A stretch of DNA of 64,000 nucleotides from Clostridia bacterium (lineage in GTDB: Bacteria; Bacillota; Clostridia; Oscillospirales; Acutalibacteraceae). The notes under the pieces were generated by a model. That model was not told where the DNA came from, made no database searches, and saw nothing but the letters and a program-made list of their open reading frames with translations. Each line of letters opens with the position of its first letter. Positions within the stretch are counted from its first letter, which is position 1. This document shows, piece by piece, positions 16,259 through 23,658 of the stretch. Position numbers and translations under genes: made by a program. The stretch is taken from the NCBI GenBank assembly GCA_017451425.1, contig JAFSPP010000011.1, positions 26,510-90,509 of the forward strand, read 5' to 3'.

Positions 16259-18517
16259 ATGGAAACTAAACAGGAAATCGTTGAGGTAGTGCAGAGAATC
16301 AAGGAGATGAGAGATATCTCCGGCTTTTCTGTCGCTGACATGGCTGAGAAGACCGAACTTACCGAGGAACAGTACCTTGAGTATGAATCCGGTAAGGTGG
16401 ATCTGCCGTTTACGTTCGTGCATAAGTGTGCGCTGGCGTTCGGTATCGGTATTGCTGACTTGCTTGAAGGCCAGTCGGCAAGGCTTTCTTCATACACCGT
16501 GACGAGAAGGAACGGTGGCCTTGTAACGGCAAAAGAGGACGGCATTACCATTCAGAACCTGGCTTCAATGTTCAAGGACAGACTTGCCGACCCGTATTTC
16601 TGTATTTACGAGTATGACGAGTCCCTTCAGGACAAGCCCATAAAGCTTGTTGAGCATGCGGGCCATGAGTTCAACTTCGTTATTAAGGGATCACTGAAGG
16701 TTCAGGTCGGTGACCATGTCGAGACCCTTCACTCAGGTGACTCCATTTACTTTAAATCCTCAATACCTCACGGCGAGCTGGCGGTAGACGGCGCGCCCTG
16801 TAAATTCCTTTCCATAATTTTAAACTCCGACGTTACGGAGGAGCTGTACAAAGAACAGGCTATCCGCCGTGCGGCTCAGTCTGAAAAGCTCGTTGTTGAG
16901 AAGTTTGTTGAGTGCACTGAAGATGAGGAAGGCGCTCTTGTTGACATTAAGTTCCATGACGAGGATAAATTCAACTTCGCTTTCGACGTTGTCGATGAAA
17001 TCGCGAAGAACAAGCCCGAAAAGGTGGCTATGATTCACCTTGATAAGGACAAGAATGAGACTAAGTTCACCTTCAGGGATATGAAGGACCTGTCAAACCA
17101 GGCTGCGAACTACTTTACATCGCTCGGTATCCGCAAGGGCGACCGCGTAATGCTGGTATTAAAGCGCAGATATGAGTTCTGGGTTTCAATTCTTGCACTG
17201 CATAAAATAGGGGCAATTGCGATTCCTGCGACACACCTTCTGAAGGACCATGACTTTGAGTATAGGTTCAATGCTGCAGAAGTTAAGGCGATTATCTGCA
17301 CATGTGATGATGATACGCCTTCATCGGTTGATCGTGCTTGTGCGTCTTGTCCTTCGGTTGAGACGAAGATTATTGTGGGAGCTTCACGCTCGGGCTGGCA
17401 CGATTTTGATGCAGAGTTTAAGCTGTTCAGCCGCAGATATCTGCGTACGGCTGAGTCGCCCTGCGGTGATGATCCCATGCTTATGCTCTTCTCTTCGGGA
17501 ACATCGGGTTATCCGAAGATGGTACTTCATTCCTGCAAGTATCCTCTGGGACACTTCCATACCGCGAAGTACTGGCATTGTGTAAGAAACAACGGTGTAC
17601 ACCTTACAATTTCAGATACCGGCTGGGGCAAGGCTCTCTGGGGCAAGCTTTATGGCCAGTGGATGTATGAGGGTGCAGTATTCGTATATGACTTTGAGAG
17701 ATTCCATGCAGCAGACATTCTGCCGCTGTTTGCGCAGTATAAGATAACTACATTCTGCGCACCTCCGACCATGTACCGTATGCTTATCAAGGAGAACCTG
17801 ATGAACTACGATCTGTCCTCAATCGAGCATGCTACGGTTGCCGGTGAGGCACTGAACCCTGAGGTCTTCTATCAGTTCAAGAGGGCGACAGGTCTTGAAC
17901 TTATGGAGGGCTTCGGTCAGACCGAGACTACGCTTACGGTCGCGAACCTTGTCGGTATGACGCCGAAGCCGGGTTCAATGGGCAAACCCTGCCCGCTTTA
18001 CGACGTTGTTTTGCTTGATCCTTCGGGCAAAGAGGTCGGCGTAGGCGAAAACGGCGAAATCTGCGTGAAGACAAAGAACGGAGCACCCTGCGGACTCTTC
18101 CTCGGATACTACAAGGACGAGGAGGCCACAAAGGCCGCATGGCATAACGGTTACTACCATACAGGTGATATTGCCTGGAAGGATGAGGATGGATACTTCT
18201 GGTACGTCTCACGTGTTGACGATGTCATCAAGTCATCCGGTTACCGCATCGGCCCGTTCGAGATTGAAAACGTTATCATGGAGCTTCCTTATGTTCTTGA
18301 GTGCGGCGTAACTGCCGCTCCTGATGAGGTAAGGGGACAGGTAGTCAAGGCGTGTATCGTTCTGGTTCCCGGAACCGAAGGCACTGACGAACTGAAGAAG
18401 GAAATTCAGAATTACGTCAAGAAAAACACCGCTCCTTACAAATATCCGCGAATTGTCGAGTTCAGAACTGAACTTCCTAAAACTATTAGTGGAAAAATCA
18501 TAAGAAAAGAATTATAA
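16259..18517 (+). CDS. Fusion protein: XRE-type HTH + cupin domain + AMP-forming medium/branched-chain acyl-CoA synthetase (ACSM/MACS-like)
   Basis: Start chosen at ATG 16259, 9 nt after GGAAAGGA; the ORF-track start at 16124 lies inside the T-box. HTH: FSVADMAEKTELTEEQYLEYESGK. Cupin: HAGHEFNFVIKGSLKVQVGDHVETLHSGDSIYFKSSIPHG. Adenylate-forming motifs: FSSGTSGYPKMV, YHTGDIAWKDEDGYFWYVSRVDDVIKSSGYRIGPFEIE and ISGKIIRKEL. It is one uninterrupted frame. Confidence 0.8.
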   Translation: METKQEIVEVVQRIKEMRDISGFSVADMAEKTELTEEQYLEYESGKVDLPFTFVHKCALAFGIGIADLLEGQSARLSSYTVTRRNGGLVTAKEDGITIQNLASMFKDRLADPYFCIYEYDESLQDKPIKLVEHAGHEFNFVIKGSLKVQVGDHVETLHSGDSIYFKSSIPHGELAVDGAPCKFLSIILNSDVTEELYKEQAIRRAAQSEKLVVEKFVECTEDEEGALVDIKFHDEDKFNFAFDVVDEIAKNKPEKVAMIHLDKDKNETKFTFRDMKDLSNQAANYFTSLGIRKGDRVMLVLKRRYEFWVSILALHKIGAIAIPATHLLKDHDFEYRFNAAEVKAIICTCDDDTPSSVDRACASCPSVETKIIVGASRSGWHDFDAEFKLFSRRYLRTAESPCGDDPMLMLFSSGTSGYPKMVLHSCKYPLGHFHTAKYWHCVRNNGVHLTISDTGWGKALWGKLYGQWMYEGAVFVYDFERFHAADILPLFAQYKITTFCAPPTMYRMLIKENLMNYDLSSIEHATVAGEALNPEVFYQFKRATGLELMEGFGQTETTLTVANLVGMTPKPGSMGKPCPLYDVVLLDPSGKEVGVGENGEICVKTKNGAPCGLFLGYYKDEEATKAAWHNGYYHTGDIAWKDEDGYFWYVSRVDDVIKSSGYRIGPFEIENVIMELPYVLECGVTAAPDEVRGQVVKACIVLVPGTEGTDELKKEIQNYVKKNTAPYKYPRIVEFRTELPKTISGKIIRKEL

Positions 18518-18600
18518 TATTCAGTATTCTCTTGTTATTGTTCTTGTTTTTATTGATTTGTTTTGTTTTTAATTTGTTTTAATTTTAGTTACGTGTTGGG

Positions 18601-19281
18601 TTGTTTATGAGTAATTCTGTTAAACGAGTGACCTTGTTTGCCGGGCATTACGGCAGCGGAAAGACGAATTGTGCGATAAATTATGCTTTGCACCTGCGTT
18701 CTTCGGGGCTGCCTGTTGCCATTGCGGACCTGGATGTTGTAAACCCGTATTTCCGTACTGTGGACAGTATGGCTGAACTTGTTTCGGCAGGTATCAGGGT
18801 TGTGGCGTCTGATTACGCGGCTTCCAATGTCGATTTCCCTGCATTGCCGGGTGAGATGTATTCTCTGTTTGAAGACAAATCGTCTTACGCGGTAATTGAT
18901 CTGGGCGGAGACGACAGGGGAGCGCTGGCTCTGGGAAGGTACAGGGATCTGATACTTGAGGAGAATGATTTTAATAATTTCCTGGTGATTAACAAGTATC
19001 GTCCGCTGACTGCCACTCCTGCACTCTGTATGGAGGTCATGGAGGAGATTTCCTCCGCAGCGGGAATTCCGTTTACCGGAATAGTAAATAACTCTAATCT
19101 GGGCGCTGAGACGACCTGGGAGGACATTGAAAAGAGCATTCCTTATGCGAAAGCCGTGTCTTCCATGTCGGGACTGCCTATAGTGATGACGACTTATATG
19201 GATTCACTAACCGTTTTAGGTGCCCTTGATATACCCTTGTTCGGGTTATCGCTTCAGAAAAAAGTCTTCGAGGAGGATTGA
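18601..19281 (+). CDS. P-loop NTPase (MinD/ParA/CooC-like superfamily), function unknown
   Basis: Walker A AGHYGSGKTN near the N-terminus, and a DLGGD Walker-B-like segment. 226 aa. TTG or ATG (18607) start. It sits between the synthetase and the oxidoreductase genes. Confidence 0.45.
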   Translation: MFMSNSVKRVTLFAGHYGSGKTNCAINYALHLRSSGLPVAIADLDVVNPYFRTVDSMAELVSAGIRVVASDYAASNVDFPALPGEMYSLFEDKSSYAVIDLGGDDRGALALGRYRDLILEENDFNNFLVINKYRPLTATPALCMEVMEEISSAAGIPFTGIVNNSNLGAETTWEDIEKSIPYAKAVSSMSGLPIVMTTYMDSLTVLGALDIPLFGLSLQKKVFEED

Positions 19282-19284
19282 GAT

Positions 19285-19491
19285 ATGGGAAAAGTCAGCT
19301 TTAAGACGGATGTCTGCAAAGGCTGCGGCCTCTGTGTGGCCGCCTGTCCCAAGAACATTCTTGTATTGGATGAAAATAAACTTAACGCGAAGGGCCATCA
19401 TCCCGCGACCTGCGTGGATATGGACGCCTGTGTGGGCTGCGCTTCATGCGCAATTATGTGCCCTGACTGCGTTATTACGGTAGAGAGGTGA
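19285..19491 (+). CDS. 2-oxoacid:ferredoxin oxidoreductase delta subunit (2x[4Fe-4S] ferredoxin)
   Basis: 68 aa with two CxxCxxCxxxCP motifs (CKGCGLCVAACP and CVGCASCAIMCP). Confidence 0.8.
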   Translation: MGKVSFKTDVCKGCGLCVAACPKNILVLDENKLNAKGHHPATCVDMDACVGCASCAIMCPDCVITVER

Positions 19492-19498
19492 GTGTGCA

Positions 19499-20560
19499 AT
19501 GGGCGAAAAAGTATTGATGAAAGGTAACGAGGCAATTGCCGAGGCCGCTATTCGCGCAGGCTGCAGACATTACTTCGGATACCCGATTACACCTCAGACT
19601 GAGGTCGCGGCATATATGTCTAAAAGAATGCCGAAAATAGGGGGAACTTTCCTCCAGGCCGAGTCCGAAATCGCCGCCATCAACATGGTTATAGGCGTTG
19701 CGGCAACCGGCAAGAGAGTAATGACATCCTCATCTTCACCGGGAATATCCTTAAAGCAGGAGGGTATCTCATACCTTGCCGGCTGCGATCTTCCCGCACT
19801 GGTTGTAAATGTTGAGCGCGGCGGCCCCGGACTCGGCGGCATCCAGCCCTCACAGTCAGACTACTGGCAGGCCACAAAGGCCGGCGGCCACGGTGACTAC
19901 CACAATATCGTTTTAGCTCCCGCGTCTGTTCAGGAGATGGCTGCCCTTACAATCAAGGGCTTTGAGCTTGCTGACAAGTACAGCATGGTCACCATGATCC
20001 TTGCCGACGGCACAATGGGCCAGATGATGGAACCCGTTGAGATTGACGATATTGAGATAAAGACAGTTGAAAAGCCTTGGGCTCTTACCGGTACCGGTAT
20101 GGCTCGCTCGCACAACATTGTTAATTCACTTTATCTGAAGCCTGACCTTCTTGAGCAGAAGAATTTTGAAAGATATGAGAAATATGCGCAGATAGAGAAA
20201 TCTGAGGTCATGTATGAGGAATACATGATGGATGATGCCGATATCTGCCTTGTAGCTTTCGGTATTACCGCACGTGTTGCGAAGAATGCCATAGCTGAGG
20301 CTCGTGCCAAGGGCATTAAGGTAGGACTTCTTCGTCCGATTACCCTGTGGCCGTTCCCGTCACAGGCTCTGGCAGCACGCGCTTCGCAGTGCAAGGCTTT
20401 CATTTCGGTCGAGATGAATATGGGACAGATGATTGATGATGTTAAACTTGCAATTTCATGTTCACGTCCCGTTTACCTCTGCAACCGTGTAGGCGGTATG
20501 ATCCCGTCACCGGAAGAGGTACTCGACAAGATTATTTCTGTTTCGGGAGGTGCTGATTGA
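19499..20560 (+). CDS. 2-oxoacid:ferredoxin oxidoreductase alpha subunit (VorB/KorA type)
   Basis: 353 aa. The N-terminus LMKGNEAIAEAAIRAGCRHYFGYPITPQTE is the classic POR/VOR/KOR alpha-subunit opening. Confidence 0.85.
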   Translation: MGEKVLMKGNEAIAEAAIRAGCRHYFGYPITPQTEVAAYMSKRMPKIGGTFLQAESEIAAINMVIGVAATGKRVMTSSSSPGISLKQEGISYLAGCDLPALVVNVERGGPGLGGIQPSQSDYWQATKAGGHGDYHNIVLAPASVQEMAALTIKGFELADKYSMVTMILADGTMGQMMEPVEIDDIEIKTVEKPWALTGTGMARSHNIVNSLYLKPDLLEQKNFERYEKYAQIEKSEVMYEEYMMDDADICLVAFGITARVAKNAIAEARAKGIKVGLLRPITLWPFPSQALAARASQCKAFISVEMNMGQMIDDVKLAISCSRPVYLCNRVGGMIPSPEEVLDKIISVSGGAD

Positions 20561-21315
20561 TGGCAGTCGTATTTGATAAACCGCATGCTCTGACAGATGC
20601 CACAATGCACTACTGCCCGGGCTGTACACACGGTATAATTCACAGACTCATAGCCGAGGTTATTGATGAGCTCGGTATTGAGGGCGATACCATAGGTGTA
20701 GCATCCGTCGGATGCTCCGTTATGGCTTATGACTACTTTAATGTGGACTTCGTCCAGGCGGCTCACGGCAGGGCTCCGGCCGTTGCCACGGGCGTCAAGA
20801 GGTCGGATCCGTCTAAAGTAGTATTCACTTACCAGGGAGACGGAGACCTTGCCGCCATAGGCACGGCTGAGACCGTTCATTCCGCCGCGCGCCGTGAGAA
20901 TATCACCGTCATCTTCGTAAATAACGCTATTTACGGTATGACAGGCGGTCAGATGGCGCCGACAACCCTTCCGGGTATGGTTACGCAGACTTCTCCTTAC
21001 GGCCGAAATGTTGAGGCCGTAGGCTATCCCGTAAAGGTCTGCGAAATGCTTTCTGAGATTGACGGCGCCGCTTATCTTGAGCGTGTAGCGGTCAACAATG
21101 TCGCAAATGTCAGAAAGGCAAAGGCGGCTATTAAAAAGGCTTTTGAGTATCAGCTTTCCGGTAAGGGCTTCTCACTTGTTGAGATTGTTTCAACCTGCCC
21201 GACAAACTGGGGCGTTTCACCTGAGAAGGCGCTGTCATTTGTTGATACGGATATGATTCCTTACTATCCTCTCGGAGTTTACAAGGATATCTATGCAGAG
21301 GAGGATGCAGGATGA
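20557..21315 (+). CDS. 2-oxoacid:ferredoxin oxidoreductase beta subunit (TPP-binding)
   Basis: CPGCTHGI near the N-terminus and the TPP motif GDGDLAAIG...NNAIYGMTGGQ. Its start overlaps the alpha-subunit stop. Confidence 0.85.
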   Translation: MMAVVFDKPHALTDATMHYCPGCTHGIIHRLIAEVIDELGIEGDTIGVASVGCSVMAYDYFNVDFVQAAHGRAPAVATGVKRSDPSKVVFTYQGDGDLAAIGTAETVHSAARRENITVIFVNNAIYGMTGGQMAPTTLPGMVTQTSPYGRNVEAVGYPVKVCEMLSEIDGAAYLERVAVNNVANVRKAKAAIKKAFEYQLSGKGFSLVEIVSTCPTNWGVSPEKALSFVDTDMIPYYPLGVYKDIYAEEDAG

Positions 21316-21842
21316 GTACTTTGAATATTCTCTTCGCAGGCTTCGGCGGACAGGGCATACTGTTCTCCGGCAAATTCATGGCCTATGAGGGTCTTCTTGC
21401 GGACAAGCACGTCTCATGGCTCCCGTCCTACGGACCGGAGATGAGAGGCGGTACCGCAAACTGTTCCGTTATCATCTCTGATGAGGAGGTCGGTTCACCG
21501 ATTGTCGACAAGCCCGATGTGCTTGTTGTCATGAACCTCCCGTCACTTGATAAATACGAGGACGCAGTAGTCCCCGGCGGCAAGATCTTTGTCGACTGCT
21601 CTCTCATCGAGCGCAAGGTTGAGCGTACGGATGTATCTGTTTACTATGTACCCGCTACGGGCCTTGCTTCGGAGAAGAAGATTCCGACACTTGCCAACAT
21701 GATCATTACCGGAAAGATGCTGAAGGAACTCGGTTTCTCGCTTGATTCGGTTGACGCAGTACTCGGCAAGATCGTCTCTACACGTCACCAGGATCTCCTT
21801 TCGGTAAACAAGGACGCGATTCGCGCAGGTTATGAACTTTAA
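21312..21842 (+). CDS. 2-oxoacid:ferredoxin oxidoreductase gamma subunit
   Basis: 176 aa. [19 protein letters not shown]...[20 protein letters not shown] is the conserved gamma-subunit signature. It overlaps the beta-subunit stop. Confidence 0.85.
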   Translation: MSTLNILFAGFGGQGILFSGKFMAYEGLLADKHVSWLPSYGPEMRGGTANCSVIISDEEVGSPIVDKPDVLVVMNLPSLDKYEDAVVPGGKIFVDCSLIERKVERTDVSVYYVPATGLASEKKIPTLANMIITGKMLKELGFSLDSVDAVLGKIVSTRHQDLLSVNKDAIRAGYEL

Positions 21843-21856
21843 TTGGGGGTTTTAAT

Positions 21857-22924
21857 ATGCTTGATATCAGAATTGAGAAAACTACATCACCCAAGGCTAA
21901 GCCGGCTGATGAGTCCAAACTCGGTTTCGGTCAGATCTTCTCTGACCACATGTTCATCATGGACTATTCCGAGGGTAAATGGCACGATGCCAGAATCGTA
22001 CCTTTCCAGAATCTTTCCTACAGCCCCGGAACAGCTGTTTTCCACTATGGATGTGAGATATTTGAAGGTCTTAAGGCTTACCGCACCGCACAGGGCAATG
22101 TACAGCTTTTCAGACCCATTGAGAACGTACGCAGAATGAACAATTCCGCTGAGCGTCTCTGCCTTCCTCAGATGGATGAGTCAGACATGCTTCAGGCTAT
22201 TGTTGAGTTCGTAAAGGTTGAGAAGGACTGGGTTCCTCACACCGAGGGCACATCTTTATACCTTCGTCCGTTCCTCCTCGGCGTTGACGAGACACTGGGC
22301 GTTCACACAATCCAGAAGGCACAGTTTATTATCATCGCTTCTCCTTCGGGCAGCTACTATCCCGAGGGTATCAACCCCGTCAAGATTATGATTGAGACCG
22401 AGGACGTCCGTGCTGTCCGCGGCGGTACAGGCTATGCCAAGTGCGGCGGTAACTACGCGGCTTCCACGAGAGCAGGCCACAAGGCTGAGCTCCAGGGTTA
22501 CTCACAGGTACTCTGGCTCGATGGTGTTGAGCAGAAGTATATTGAGGAAGTAGGCGCCATGAACGTAATGTTCAAGATTGACGGCACTGTCGTCACTCCC
22601 AAACTCCTCGGTTCCGTTCTTCCCGGTATCACGAGAAAGTCATGCATTGAGCTTCTCAGGGACAAGGGCATTCCGGTTGAGGAGAGAAAAATCTCCGCTG
22701 ACGAACTCTTTGACGCCCTTCGCGCAGGCAAGCTCGAAGAGGCCTGGGGCACAGGTACGGCAGCTGTTGTATCTCCCATAGGCGAGCTCTCATACAAGGG
22801 CGAGAAGTACACCGTAAATGATTTCAAAATCGGTGACACAACACAGTGGCTCTACGATACTCTTACGGGTATGCAGTGGGGCAAGATAGAGGACAACAAG
22901 GGCTGGATTGTACCCGTTGATTAA
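21857..22924 (+). CDS. ilvE: Branched-chain amino acid aminotransferase (fold type IV, long form)
   Basis: 355 aa. Contains FGQIFSDHMF, EGLKAYR, RPENNxxRM-like IENVRRMNNSAERL, YLRPF, GGTGYAKCGGNYAAS and EEVGAMNVMF. Confidence 0.9.
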   Translation: MLDIRIEKTTSPKAKPADESKLGFGQIFSDHMFIMDYSEGKWHDARIVPFQNLSYSPGTAVFHYGCEIFEGLKAYRTAQGNVQLFRPIENVRRMNNSAERLCLPQMDESDMLQAIVEFVKVEKDWVPHTEGTSLYLRPFLLGVDETLGVHTIQKAQFIIIASPSGSYYPEGINPVKIMIETEDVRAVRGGTGYAKCGGNYAASTRAGHKAELQGYSQVLWLDGVEQKYIEEVGAMNVMFKIDGTVVTPKLLGSVLPGITRKSCIELLRDKGIPVEERKISADELFDALRAGKLEEAWGTGTAAVVSPIGELSYKGEKYTVNDFKIGDTTQWLYDTLTGMQWGKIEDNKGWIVPVD

Positions 22925-22974
22925 TAGTCATAAAATTATTATCTTTTAATGGGTTTATTTGTCACTTTGTCTAA

Positions 22975-23003
22975 TTGAATATCCGACTGTTTTTTGGCAT
23001 AAT
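22975..23003 (+). promoter_or_regulatory. Putative promoter of the pur operon
   Basis: TTGAAT (22975-22980), a 17-nt spacer, then CATAAT (22998-23003), preceded by TGg (extended -10-like). Confidence 0.5.
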
Positions 23004-23010
23004 ATTAGTG

Positions 23011-23120
23011 TACTTTGTAACTGACGGATCAGTGGGGTTTACCACATGGGAGCAAAGTAAAGTAATATGTCGACCGTCTGGGCAGTCCCTCAGTACACGA
23101 GGGACTGCCTTGTTTATTTT
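23011..23120 (+). promoter_or_regulatory. ZTP (pfl-motif) riboswitch with an intrinsic-terminator expression platform
   Basis: P1 is ACTTTG/CAAAGT. Conserved ACUGACGG, P2 GUGG/CCAC and GGGAGC are present. After a linker comes CGACCGUCUGGGCA. The pseudoknot GACGG:CCGUC covaries relative to the consensus GGCGG:CCGCC. The terminator GGCAGTCCCTC/GAGGGACTGCC (23081-23109) plus a T-run shares GGCA with the aptamer's 3' end. Confidence 0.8.
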
Positions 23121-23134
23121 CTGGAGGTGCTTTT

Positions 23135-23623
23135 GTGAAGAAAGTTGCGGTCATCATGGGCAGCAGTTCTGACCTCGGCGTGGTGGAGAAGTGCATAAAT
23201 ACGCTTTCCGACTACGGCATAGAGACAGAGGTACACGTATACTCCGCACACAGGACACCGGACAAGGTTCAGGCGTTTTGCAGCAAGGCACGCGAGAACG
23301 GCTTCGGTGTAATCATTGCCGCTGCCGGAAAAGCAGCACACCTTGCAGGTGTATGTGCGTCATGGACGACGCTTCCGGTTATCGGCATACCCGTAAAGGC
23401 CTCGGAGCTTGACGGAATGGACGCTCTTCTTGCGACCGTTCAGATGCCTTCAGGCATTCCCGTAGCCACGGTCGCAATAAACGGTGCCGCAAATGCAGCT
23501 CTGCTCGCTGTACAGATCCTCGCCGTAGAGGATGCTGCGCTCGCAGAGAAGCTTCAGAGCGCCAGAAAAGTAGGCGCAGATACTGTGCTTGCCGCAGACA
23601 GGGAAATTGCAGGCAGATATTAA
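23135..23623 (+). CDS. purE: N5-carboxyaminoimidazole ribonucleotide mutase (class I-like PurE)
   Basis: VAVIMGSSSDL, SAHRTP and AGKAAHLAGV are class I-like signatures. GTG start after GGAGGTG. Confidence 0.9.
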   Translation: MKKVAVIMGSSSDLGVVEKCINTLSDYGIETEVHVYSAHRTPDKVQAFCSKARENGFGVIIAAAGKAAHLAGVCASWTTLPVIGIPVKASELDGMDALLATVQMPSGIPVATVAINGAANAALLAVQILAVEDAALAEKLQSARKVGADTVLAADREIAGRY

Positions 23624-23658
23624 TCTGCCTGTTTTGACTTTTTTGGAGGAAATTATTC

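Noticed and set aside
18518-18600. The T-rich spacer after the synthetase gene as a Rho-independent terminator.
   Set aside because: No stable GC-containing hairpin precedes the T-runs. The downstream genes lack an obvious promoter of their own and fit the same pathway, so read-through is more likely.
21843-22139. A 98-aa ORF overlapping the ilvE start in another frame.
   Set aside because: ilvE (21857) has an RBS and conserved BCAT motifs from its first residues. The overlapping frame gives a non-conserved, Ser/Arg/Leu-rich product.
23011-23085. A possible purine (guanine/adenine) riboswitch upstream of purE.
   Set aside because: The sequence lacks the purine-riboswitch three-way junction and conserved loop nucleotides. 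It matches the ZTP/pfl motif instead (ACUGACGG ... GUGG/CCAC ... CCGUCUGGGCA pseudoknot).
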